NCBI GenBank assembly: GCA_964199315.1 | Contig: OZ116701.1 | Span: 24,304,001-24,368,000 of the forward strand | Source of the DNA: Orbicella franksi | Taxonomy: Eukaryota | DNA: 64,000 nt | Direction of reading: 5' to 3' | In this document: in pieces, positions 46,981 to 59,049 of the stretch | Layout: every line of letters begins with the position of its first letter | Position numbering within the stretch: the stretch's first letter is position 1 | The notes under the pieces: model-generated | Told to the model about the DNA's origin: nothing | What the model saw: only the letters and a program-made list of their open reading frames with translations | Databases searched by the model: none | Position numbers and translations under genes: made by a program

Positions 46981-49900
46981 GTATTCAGATTTGTCCCATG
47001 TAAACAAGTCTGTGGCAACTATTTCCCAGGGCTTGCTTGGTCTGCGAGAAGGGGTCATTGGTTCTTTCGTGTTTTGCCGTTGATGCTGTAAGCAAATGGT
47101 GCAGCTTGATATCATGTCGCTGATTTGAGAATTCATTCCTGGCCAATACAGTACATCTCTTGCTCGTCGTTTGGATTTTTCGATCCCCATGTGGCCTTGA
47201 TGTATCCTTTGCAGCATTTCTTTTCTCATAGAGGACGGGACTATTATTCTGTCATTCTTGAGAACACCCTCGACTTCAGAAAGCTCATCTCTTACATTCC
47301 AGTAGATTTGAATATTTGCTGGTGTTTGCAACTTTGTTTCTGGCCATCCCAACTTGAATGTTTCTTTCAGTTCTTTCAGTGATGGGTCATCCACTGTGGC
47401 TTCTTTGATTTCTTCTAGTTTGGGCTTTGAGACTGGTAGGTTAGAAGTTACCAAGTGGACATGTAGTGCAATTTCTTCTTCCATGCTGCCATATGCTGTT
47501 TCAGGAAGTGGTGCTCTGGAGAGCATGTCAGGAAGCACTAACTCCTTTCCTGGCTTGTATTCCAACGTGTAATCATATTTCTGCATTCTGAGTAGGATTC
47601 TTTGTAGTCTTGGTGGTGCTGATGCCAGTGCTTTTTTAACAATGGCCTCAAGTGGCTTGTGATCTGACTCAATAGTAATTCTCTTTCCATAGGTGTATTG
47701 GTTGAAACGTTCTAAGCTGAATTGAACAGCCAAGAGTTCCTTCTCTATTTGAGCATATCTTGATTCTGCATCAGTGAGGGATCTTGAAGCATAGGCAACA
47801 GGACGTCGGTCTTGTAGCAGCACCCCTCCTAGGCCGGTTGGGGAGGCATCACAGCTGATAGTAACTGGCTTCTGTACATCAAAGAATCTCAGGACTGGCC
47901 CTCCATCTTTGGTTAGGATGCTTTTGATTTCTTGAAGTGCTTTATCTTGTTCATGTGACCACTGAAATTCAATGTCCTTTCGTAGTAGACCTCTGAAAGG
48001 TTCAGTGATGGTTGCCCGATTTGGGGTGAACTTGCCCAGATAATTGACTGTTCCAAGGAGTCTTTCTACTCCCTTCTTATCAGTTGGTGCAGGCATGTCA
48101 TTGATGGCGCGTACCTTTTCATCATCAGGTTTGACTCCTTCTTACGTGAGTTTGTGACCAATGTAGGTGACTTCTTTGGCTTTGAAGACACACTTTTCTT
48201 TGTTTAGTGTTAGGTTAATCTTGTCACATCGTTCAAGGACTGCTTGTAGCCAATGGTCATGTTTTACTTCTGTTTCTGCATGTACTATGATGTCATCGAT
48301 GTCGGTTTCAACTCCTTCCAAGTCGCCAAAGTGTTGACTCATCCGCTTTTGGAAGACTTCTTGGGGAGACGTGATTCTGAATGGAGTGACCTAATAGCAG
48401 TACCGCCCAAACGGTGTATTGAAGGTAGTTAGAAGTTGACTTTCTTCATCGAGAGGTATCTGCCAGTATCCTCGGTTTGCGTCTAGCTTGGTGAACCATT
48501 TTGCATTTGCCATGCGTGTAGTGATGTCTTCAATGGTGGGTAGCTGAAAATGTTCCCGCTTTATTGCTTTATTGAGGTGCCTTGGATCTAAACAGATCCA
48601 CAGACTACCATTAGGCTTTTCAACAATGGCCATAGAGTTGACCCAATCTGTGGGTTCTTCTACCTTGCAAACAACTCCTCACTTTTCCGTGTCATCTAAT
48701 TCTTCTTTCACTCTGTCACGAAGGGCTGCTGGGATGGTTCTTGGCAGGTTTATGACAGGTGTCACAGTAGGGTCTACTTCATTGTGGTAAGGTTTCTCCA
48801 TACGTCCCAACCCAGTGAATACCTGTGCATATTTCTGCAGTACTTCTTCTCTCAGTTCCTCAGATGACTTCGTAACTTCCTCACCTTGGTCTGGTTCCGT
48901 TTGCATTTCTTTTGTCTTAGCCATCATAACTACTTTGATTAAACCCAGATCATGAGATGAGATGAGTCCCAATAATCCTGGTTGATTTGTTTCCACTATA
49001 TGGAAAGTCAGCTCATGTTCTACATCTGTCTTGGATTTCACTGGCAGTTTAGCAGTGCCAAGTACTGTTAGCTTGTCTTCGGAGTAACTGACTAGATTAT
49101 GGTTGCAGGTATTTATCTGTGGATTACTTCCAACTATCTTCTTTAGATCTTTGAGTGGCATGATGTTGACTTGAGAGCCGGTGTCTATCTTGAGTCTTGT
49201 GATATGTCCTTTCACTGGCAACATCACAAAGCACTCCTCATTCTGGATTTGAACTTCTGTAGTGACAGCTCCTACAAATAGGGTTGAGTCAAGATCGTGT
49301 TCTTCTCCTTGTTGCTCTACGCCCAGTCAATGGACTTTTTTTTGTGATCTGCACACACTCTGGAAGTGATTTCGTTTCTGACAATTGTTACATGTTTTGC
49401 CATATGCAGGACACTCCCTTGAGCCATATCTGGTTCCACAGTTCCAGCAATCGAACGTCTTGCTCAGAGGTCTTTTTTCTTAATTATCTGAGGATGTTTT
49501 CTTGCAGGTTGACTTGTTCTTCTCTTTTCCAATTCCATGCACTGATGAGTCGCTGTCCAGTTCTTTCATTTGCATTTCCGTTGCCTCTGCAGATCATACC
49601 ACATCTAATGCTTTCTCTAGAGTAAGGTCTGGCACCCTGAGTAATCGTTCTCTTGTTTTTGTGTTGTTTACACCAAGTACAATTCAGTCCTTGATGAGAG
49701 AGTTCTTCAATGTTCCAAATTCACATGTTTCACAAAGCTTTCTTAATATCGTTATGTACTGATCGACACTTTCGCTGCTTTCTTGGGCTCTTGAGAAGAA
49801 TTTGTATCTTTCGTAGCTTACATTTTTTCTTCAGTTCACAATGTTCCTCAAATTTCAACAGTACCTTTTCGATTTTCTTGTCATCACCTTCTTCATCCCA

Positions 49901-50310
49901 GGTTGGTGTGTTGAAGACATCAATAGCATCGTTGCCGATGACTGTCAGAAGTGTTGCTACTCTGGTTGAACTGTCCTTCGAGCTTATTCCGGTCACAATT
50001 TCGTAATTTGTGTATTTCTGTTTGAACTTCTTCCAGTTGGCAGAGATGTTTCCCCCACTTAAGTTGAGAGGTTCTGGAGGTGGAAGGCCCAACTGCATAG
50101 CCATTTCATGTGTATTTTCTTTGTCTTCAACTGGTAATTGCTGTATTTCTTCGGTGTTTTCTTCTCCCTTGGCACAATGGGATTCAACTAATCCTGTGAC
50201 ATGAACTACGATCGCAAATGTTGACTGCACTGAAATACGGTCTGTATTTTATCCAAAAATTCGCTGGATTGGTGGCTGAATTTCTGTTTCGTACTTTACT
50301 TCTGACACCA

Positions 50311-50462
50311 TGTAATAATCTTGTTCTAAGAGCACGATGGATTCAGATAAACACAGCTCCACTAAACAACATCCAAGTTTTCATTCCAACATGGCTGCCG
50401 AGTCCCGGTACAATGCGCACGTCTGTACTCTGTACTAATATGAAATACCGCTGATCATTACA
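50311..50462 (-). repeat. 5' LTR of the Gypsy element
   Basis: Direct repeat of 44861-45012; the PBS (50294-50310) is adjacent. Confidence 0.93.
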
Positions 50463-50746
50463 ATGTTCACCAGCTAAGTTGTTCCAAACCATATCTTTAT
50501 CGATTTGGGTAGCAAAGTACTTCTGGCAAGCTTCTACTATGTCGAAAGTTATTTCATCAAATTCGAATGGGACAAATTCTCTTGGCCCAATCCTAATGTA
50601 CTTTTGCTGTTTTCCAGTTACTTTGGAACTCATCCTCTGCAAAATTGTTTCATCTTTCGCCTTTAAAGATTCTCGTGCTGGTCATTTCCTCTTAGCAGCT
50701 CTTTTTTGACACTGCTTGTTTGTGAACTGCCTCCACTCCGCCACAT
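50463..50746 (-). pseudogene. Uncharacterised ORF exon split by the Gypsy insertion (continues at 44860-44730)
   Basis: QRMSSKVTGKQQKYIRIGPREFVPFEFDEITFDIVEACQKYF...LAGEH joins across the TSD to EPSCKKRCQIPDHKVFYVHFIK in frame, then an AG|GTATGT donor. Confidence 0.5.
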
Positions 50747-51887
50747 GGTTTGTTCTGTTGCTTGTAAGTGCAGGTAGCATGATGGTAGTGGCAGCGCTCG
50801 GCCACGTGGAATTCACCTTCACTTTCATTTTGAATTTCATTTGAAATTGATTTTATATTTCACTTTGAACTGTATTTCCATTTTAGCTTAACTTAAAAGT
50901 AACATGGTTTTACTTTTAAAATTCAACATACTTTCAAATTTCATATCATTTTACTTTCAAATTTTATTTCATTTTACTTCACGTTTTATTTAGTTTTGTT
51001 TTATTTCTCAATCAAACTAAGATTTATTACACAAAAATATGTGATTTTGTTATTGGCAGTTCCTGGCCACCATACTGGTATTAAACCTATGAAAATCGCC
51101 ATTAAGTGAGCTTGGTACTGCATGGCAGAAATGCTCCAGATAGACATCCCTTGTCTGCCTCCCTATGTTGTGTTTTTTTTTGGTTTGTGCGGCTGTTGTG
51201 TATGTACTAAACAATTTTTTCCTTGATTTTTAAGCAGATTATTTTCTTATATGTAGAGAACTTGATGAAAATTATGTAAACTGATGTATCAATAATTTTA
51301 TTAATCTGTTTTACGGGGCTGCTAAGGAAATATAGATGGGTTTGTGATCACTGTAGTATGACTCAAGGAGACCTGTTGATACTACAAGATATGATACATT
51401 GGTATAAACGTGATCTGTCAGTATATGATTGTCAGTGTTGCATTGTTTTATTAATTACACATACCCTCTTTCCTCTATTAGACATCTTGCAATTGCTCTT
51501 TTCTCTGTTGTCTCTTCAAGTAAGTTGATGTTGAAGTCACCAAGAAGTATGCATGGTACTGGACTTTTTACTTCTGTGGCATCGAGATGATTTAGAGCAT
51601 CAATTAACTTTGACAAATACTGACAAATTTAGTGTAGCAAATTTAATTGATTTTTGTCACAAAAGAGGTCTAAATTTGCCTGTGTCATGCTGTCACATTC
51701 TGTCTATTTCTATTTAAACAAATGTGACATACAGGTAAACAGAACATATCAGAGAGATGTGTTGTGCGTCACAGGAAAAAATAATTTTATAAAGACAGGC
51801 AAAAGAGCTGCAAGACAGCCGCCAACAATTGTCTTTCAGAACGAGATCATTTAGATGTATGTCGCTTGCGAGGGTGTGGAAGAGGGC

Positions 51888-52243
51888 TGTAACGGTTTCT
51901 TAAGTCAGAATTGAAATCTCGTTCTCCTGGGTTGTTTGCATGTGCAGTTGAAACTCCTAAGAACACCAAGCCAGTATAGGAGAACAATCTTTACTTTATT
52001 GTCTTTAATCCTAACCTTGTGGCCTCAGGCCTTTTTACACAAATCGAAGCAAAGCGGTCAACAACATTCACGGGTCTTGATTTTCCTATGAGAATTTCGC
52101 TCTAACTTGTTTTACGATCTTGAACAGAAGGGATCTTAGCTTGAACTGAATTTGGGCTATGTTTGTTAAGCATTTAATGCATCAATCACTGTAACATCAA
52201 TGAAATGAGAAAATATTTCTCAACTTTACCAGAAGCGGTTACA
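51888..52243 (-). repeat. 3' LTR of BEL-2 (356 bp, ~190-bp deletion relative to the solo LTR at 19531)
   Basis: TGTAACGG...CGGTTACA termini, alignable to 19531-20074. Confidence 0.85.
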
Positions 52244-55200
52244 TGGCTCCCCTAAATTAATACCTTAATTTATTCTAATTTGTACTATCTTATTCGCAAA
52301 TTGTAACATAATTGTATCATTGTCCATTCTCTATGGTTCATAGGCATGGTATGTTTATACAAAGTCTTTTTTTTTGTTTCCTCTGTGATGGCTCCTCGAC
52401 GGGGATTCCCTGGTCTCTACTCATCTGGTTCATTTGTGGTCAATAGGATCAGCTTGTGGATTGGTCTCTCCAGCGTGGACAGAGGCTGACTTCTCTTTCC
52501 ATCAATGCTAGGTTCGAACTGCCAATCTCCAGCCTTACTTCGCGTACCAATCCATCTTCATCTGGTAGTGCTTCAGCTACGCGACAAACTTTCCACTGGT
52601 TTCTGGGTGTGTCATTGTCCTTGAGAATAACGACATCATCGACTTTAAGGTTTTTCCTTGGGCGGGTCCACTTTTGTTGCTCCTGTAAAGAAAGAAGAAA
52701 TTCCTTTCTCCATCTGCACCAGAATTCGTTGGTTAGGTGCTGTACCCATCACCACCATTTTCGAGAATAGAGGTCAGCAGAAGTGAACACTCCTGGGGGA
52801 GGCAGAACGCCCTTCATCTTCAAAGTAAGAAAGTGATTGGAAGTGAGCGCTTCTGCAGAGCCTGGCGATGTAATGCTTTCCGTCATTAAGGGCCAACTGT
52901 TAACCACTGCCTCTGCTTCACACATGAAGGTTCGCAGGGCTTCGTCGTTCATTTGCTGGCCATTTTTTTCCAGTAGGGCAGACAACACACCTCTCACGCT
53001 TCTAATCTGCCGTTCCCATATTCCACCCATGTGACTGGCATAAGGGACATTAAGTTTGACTTCAATCCAGTCACAATTTTCCTCCAACATCTCTGCCTTT
53101 ACCTTATCTTTATCCATTTCAGCTAGTGCTTCCTTTAGCTCTCTTCGTGCACCAATGAAGTTTGATCCATTGTTGCTGCGCATCTGCCATACGGGACCAC
53201 GTCTGCATATGAAGTGGCGGAGGACGTTGATGTAGGAGTCCATTTCCAAGGAGTTGGCAACTTCAAGATGACTTGCTCTTGCAACAAGACATGTGAATAG
53301 GACTCCATACCTCTTGAGATCCTTGCACCCTTCTCTCACATACCAAGGCCCAAAATAATCCACTCCACAGTACCTGAACGGAGGAGCTGGTTCTAATCTG
53401 CCTGATGGGAGGCCCGCCATTTTCTGTTCCTGGACCTTTGCTCTGAGCCTTCTGCAAGTGACGCATTCGTGGATTAACCTGGAGACCACTGTGCCACCGC
53501 CTATGATCCAGTAGCCAGAGGAGTGGATTTCGTTAGGGTAATACCCTTTCCTTGGTGCAGAGCTTTCTTGTGGTAGTGCCAGGCTAGGAGCTTGCTAATA
53601 TGTCCCTGTCCTGGCAGGACGATGGGGTGCTTAATATCTTTGGAGACGCTTGCTTGCTTTATGCGTCCACCAATTCTCACCAGGTTTCTTCGATCTAAGA
53701 ATGGATCCAGACGGTAGAGGGAGCTGATTCCTTTAGTACCCTGGATGCTAGATTTTGAGTCATCTCCTCTTTGGACTTCATGATTTGCATTTCTGTTCTT
53801 CAGTTTCCTTATTTCTTCTTTAAAGGCTTCTACCTGCGTGCGTCTAACGATTTCTTGTTCCGCTGCATTTAGTTCTACATTTACCGGCTTATACTTGCAC
53901 GATGAAAATCTTGTCTTCAACTCCCCATTTGTCATCTTCTTACTGTGAGCTCTTTCTAGCAGGATCCTTCGGTATCGCAAACAAACTGCTACGGCGCGTT
54001 TTGCTCTGAACCAGCTTAAGAAGTATTCCAGCCATTTAAGCAGGTTTGGGCGTTGCTCCTTATTAGTAGTGCTCGTAGCCAAGGTGGATGCCTTCTTTAC
54101 TTCTTTATCATCAGAATTGAGGGGTTCTGGTATGCTCTCATCCATGTCTTTCCAGCTGTCTTGGTGGTCCCACAGAAAGGATGGGCCCTGTAGCCATCGT
54201 GAGGATTGCAGAAGGTCTTTGGGACTCAGGCCGCGAGAGGCGTCGTCAGCAGGGTTGTTCTTCCCGTCAATGTAATTCCACTGTTCTGGTACGGTACGAT
54301 CCCTGATCTGCTGCACTCGGTTTCCAACGAACGTGTGAAAGTGACAGGCATCATTGCGGATGTAAGCCTGAACCACCTTGCTGTCAGTCCAGAACACCTC
54401 TTTTATTTCATCATATCTAAGCTCTCTGTTCAGTATGTCGCTAACTCTTGCGGGCACCAGGGTGGCTGCTAACTCAAGGCGTGGTATAGTGATCGGCTTT
54501 AAAGGGGTCACACGTGCTTTACCCATCACAAGTAAACAGTGTGCTTGGTCGTTTGTGTCCACAAGGCAGAGATAAGAACACTGGTCATATCCCTCTGTGC
54601 TAGCATCCGAGAAGTGATGTAGCTCGACTTTCCTCAAGTTTTCCATTTCCTTTGTCTTGAAGCATCTTGGGACTTCTATCTTCTCTAGGAGGGGAAGTTC
54701 ACATCGCCACATCTCCCACTTCATCCGCAAATCATCAGGTATGGCATCACCCCAACCAATGCTTTCCTTGCACAGAAGCTGAAGAATTCTTTTTCCATGA
54801 AGTAGGAATGGGGCTGCAAAACCAAGCAGGTCATATATTAAGCTGACTGTTGATAGGATGCCACGTCTTGTCAGTGGTTTATCTTAAAGGTTAATACGGA
54901 ACTGGAAAGCGTCGTTCTTGATGTTCCATTCCACACCAAGCACACGTTTGGGGGGAAGCAAATCACGATTCAGGTCAAGCTCCTTGATCTCTTGCACAGG
55001 ACTCTACGACTGTAGACTCAACAACCTCTTTGCTGTCAGACGTGAACTTGTGTAGTCTGAGGCCGCCTCTCAAGCACATCTCAGTTCCCTTTTTGATTAA
55101 TTCAACAGCTTCTGGGACTGTAGGCACTGACTTAAGTCCAGAAATTTCCTCGATGAACGAAGCTGCTTCTGCTCCAAGTTCATGTACTTCGTCATCAGCG

Positions 55201-58200
55201 GCAGTTCGTAGAGCTAAGTTAGCACAGCCCGGGGAGGAAGTGGCGCCGAAAAGATGTACTGTCATTCGATATTCTGTGGGCTCCTTTGTGGTGTCTCCTT
55301 GATCCCACCAGAGGAAACGAAGGTCACGATGCTCTTCATTGACGTGGACCTGAGGGAACATGCCTTCTATGTCACAAGCAAATACCACCAGTTATTGTCT
55401 AGAATGACACAGGACACCAACCAAGGAGTTTGTCAGGTCAGGTCCTTGAAGAAGGTTTCAATTAAAGGAGTAGCCCTGGAATTCTGCTGAGCAATCAAAT
55501 ACTACTCGAAGTTTATCTGGCTTCTTTGGGTGATACACCCCATGATGAGGAATGTACCATGTTCTTTCATGGCATTGTTTTTGGGCCTTCTCTGCGTGCC
55601 CGGCTTCCAGCATCTTCTCCATGAACGCCACATAATCTTCTTTGTATTTTGAGTCACTGGCAAATCTTGGTAGCTGCTTCAATCTTATTTCAGCGAGCTT
55701 CTTGTTGCACAGTAACTGGACATTTTCGTCACAAAGCGGTAAGGGAACTTCATAGTGTCCATTGTCTGCTTTATAAATACCGCCTGCAGTTATTTTCATA
55801 AACTTCAAATCCTCCTGAGACATTGCTGAGTTAGTGTCTTGATTCTCGGAAAAGTCCTGCTCGAACATTCTCTTGATGGTTGAAGGAATCATTATCTCTT
55901 TACAGCTCTTCAAAGGGATGAACTTGCTAGTCGATTCTTCTTGGCTCAGTATCTCTCTTGTGGCAATACGATGGCATTCAGCTTTCTCCCCAGCACCATC
56001 CTCATGTTCTCCCTGGCTTCTAGCTCCTGTCACGCCCCAACCCAATGTTGTGCGTACGGCATAGGGGTCGTTTGACTTTCCAGGAACTATGTATCTTGGC
56101 TCTAAGGCAGGAACGCAGTTGTTTCCAATTAATAAGCCAATGCTTAAGTGCTCTTCGTATGGCGGGATTTCGTCTGCAATTTTCTTTAGATGCCCATACT
56201 TGCATGCAGTTTCAAGATGAGGAATCTGTCTGCGTAGGCCTGGTATGTCTTCTGCTGTACACCTTTGGGAGAGGTATGTCGACTTCACCGTCAAAGCATG
56301 ATACAACCAAACCATCAATTCTTTGCATGTCAATTTTCTCTATGGCATGCATGGTGCCCAGCTCTAGCTTAATTGCAGTACCAGTTAATCCAAGGTTGGT
56401 CATTACGTCATCTGTAACAAAGCATGTATCACTCTGATCATCTAGCACGGCATATACCTTTACTCAATGATCTGGGTGACTCTTGTGGTGAATCCATACT
56501 GGGAGGATCATTGAGGTCATAGTCTCACCACAATTTATGCAATTGTTCGTAGCTCTGACGGTTTCCTGCATGTTTTCTTCCCTTTTGACTTCCGGTGGGA
56601 AACGATGGAGGACAGTTGCGTGTGGCTTCTTACACAACTCGCACTGGGTTTTCTGCTTGCAGTGTCGTGCCATGTGGCCTTGACTTAGACATGAAAAACA
56701 TATTCCTTTGGACATGCAAAGTTCTTGTCTTTCTTTGACTGACCTCCCTAAGAAGTTCTTGCATGCGATGAGCGAGTGTTGGCCTTTACACAACGTACAC
56801 AAACTTGTATCCCTAGGAGTCTTACATGACACTTCGTTGCCTGAAGTAGCTAGGATGGTGCTATGTCGCCTCTTCTTATCTCTTCTATCGTGGCTTTGTC
56901 TGATCCTTTCGATAGAGGGGTTTCTTTCTTTCTCTAACTCTTTTCTTGTTGAGGTCAGAGCATCGTGCAAAAACACAGGATGCCTCTTGAGTAAACTGAA
57001 TGAAATTTGCGAAGGAGTATTCACCACACCTTGCCTCTACTTTCTTCACACTTGCTCTCCACTTGTTACTGTAGTAGGTGGGTAAGCGAGCTGCAAGTTC
57101 TCAAATTGTGGAGTAACTCTCGAGTTTCTTTAAGTACTTGATGGACTTCATGGTCTCTTGCATCATGACAAGGAAATTGCTCAATTCTTGTAGCTCTGCA
57201 CTGGTGATGCATGGTGACCAGTTTTTCAGTTTGTCCATGTAGGCTTCATAGATTCTAAAGGGGTCTCCAAAACGTTCTTTCAGCGTTTTTGTAGCTCTCT
57301 AGTATGCGTCTTCTGTCCGCAGTCCTAACAGACTGCTTATCGTCTTTTGTGCTGCTCCACACGTGTACTCACCAAGATAATAAAGCTTGTAATTAGGCTT
57401 AACAAATTGGTCTTCAATCAGGGTGTCAAAGGCATTTTCCCATTTTGGGTATTCTAGGATGTTTCCCTCGAATACTGGAGGCTTTGGTACTGGAACGGTC
57501 ATACTTCGCAGCAGTTCAACTTGTGTTTTCTGAATCTCAGCAGTCTCTTCTTTAATGCACCAAGTCGAGAATTGTATCGCTCAGAATCGGTCCTTGCTGC
57601 CGATTGGTCGGTATTTTGCAGAACAAAGGCCGGTGTGTTTACATCTAGTCGTGAGGGGAAGTCAAGCGATGTTCTCGCACCTGTACTTGTGATTCTTTCA
57701 TTTGAATCTGCTGCCTGGAATGGCGTTGTAATGGGGACAATGGGAACCTTGATTTTGTCGTCATGTCCTTTAAGTTCGTTGGGGACACGGGAACTTGCCT
57801 TTATTTGCTGGAGATTAGGGCCGGAAGTGCTTAGCATCCTTTGTTTGTCTGTTTTGCCGAAAGAATTTGTTCTGTTTGTTGCTTCTTGTAGAGCAATAGT
57901 GTCATTTAATTCGGATTCTTGGAGTATTTTCTGAATTGCTTCGACCGCGGATAGTTCTCCAAGTAATTCTTCTTGCTCATTTAAACACTAGCTCTTTCTC
58001 TTGGAGTTTTAATTCGTCTCGCCACTTGTCGATGTCTTGATGCCTTTTTAGCGTGTCTAATTTTGCCTTAAGTTTCGCGGTTTCTATTGCTGCACGCTTC
58101 GAGGAGGACGTTCAGGATGATCGAATGGACGATGAAGATTTCCTGGAGCGTAGTGATCTTTGTGAGAAGAGTTTGACTCTTTCTATTTCTTGGTCCCTTA

Positions 58201-58305
58201 TTCTCACTTTGATGTCCGCCAAACATTCTAAAGCTGCGGTATTCAAATTGACGTATTTGTTGTGAATCTTTTGTTCTCTTTCCGTGAGTTTTAGTGACCT
58301 GTCAA
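51888..58305 (-). mobile_element. BEL/Pao retrotransposon BEL-2, heavily decayed, 5' LTR missing
   Basis: gag (PKPPVFEGNILEYPKW), Cys-His (CTLCKGQHSLIAC, CFSCLSQGH), PR (AMLDDQSDT), RT (LRVVFDCS, CDIEGMF, HLFGATSSP), RH (LHHFSDAS, KARVTP, IPRLEL), IN (CGVDYFGP, SNNGSNF, HMGGIWERQI). PPT AGGGGAGCCA lies before the 3' LTR. Confidence 0.9.
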
Positions 58306-58782
58306 TCACTTAATTAGATTAAAATTTATTTGGAAAATCGTAGTGCATAACTAAAACTTCTACAATTTTCAGATTTCTTCATTAAACTCTCATAATTACA
58401 TTTGGAAATAACTACAATACATTGCATTTTCCAAAATTCAAAACAGACTTGGATTATTGCATAAATATGGAGTACAGCTGCATGTCAAAGATGGATGAAA
58501 TTTCCATGGTTACAGACAGAATTTGACCTGAATGCCATTCCTTACTTAGGTGGAGCAACTACAATACAAAGCAACACAGAAGGGATTCGAAAGGTCCTTG
58601 AGAGCTCCTATAGTTGTTTTAACACTTTTGGGCTTCACTTTCAGCTCACCTCTCATATGGTTGCCATGGAAACCAAAAACAATGAAAAACAATCAATATA
58701 GTTCATTCATCTTGTGTTTTGGCTCTTTCTGCCACTCTTGTCCCTGGTTTTAGAGGGATCATCAAATTTAAACTGTTGCATG

Positions 58783-58980
58783 TGTTAAAATAAACCAACC
58801 GAGCCACAACTATCCAGGACTTTTTAATCTAAACTGAACACACTACTCGTGTACATCGTCATGTAGGATCAAAAACCTAGTCAAACAACAACAACATGGC
58901 GGGAACTTGAAGCGTGCATTAAAGAGAATCAACCAATCAGCTTCTATTGTAACGCATACATTATCATAAATACTTCAACA
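58783..58980 (-). repeat. 3' LTR of Copia
   Basis: 195/198 identical to 63240-63437. Confidence 0.96.
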
Positions 58981-59049
58981 CTCCCACTTGATAATATGCT
59001 GTTACAATAACAAAATAAAAATAAAAAACTTGATGCTAGATAATCACAT

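Larger units (their letters stand above)
44861..50462 (-). mobile_element. Full-length decayed Ty3/Gypsy LTR retrotransposon
   Basis: 152-bp LTRs differ at 6 positions. TSD ATGTT (44856-44860, 50463-50467); PBS TGGTGTCAGAAGT (tRNA-Leu type) and PPT AAGGGGAAAG. gag (PPPEPLNLSGGNISANWKKF), PR (KIDTGS), RT (KLDANRGYWQ, IDDIIV), RH (CDASPTGLG, YAQIEKE) and IN (SDNG.QY, YPQANSLVE). Confidence 0.95.

Noticed and set aside
50820-51010. tttcattt-rich low-complexity tract
   Set aside because: No stable period or structure; treated as degenerate simple sequence.
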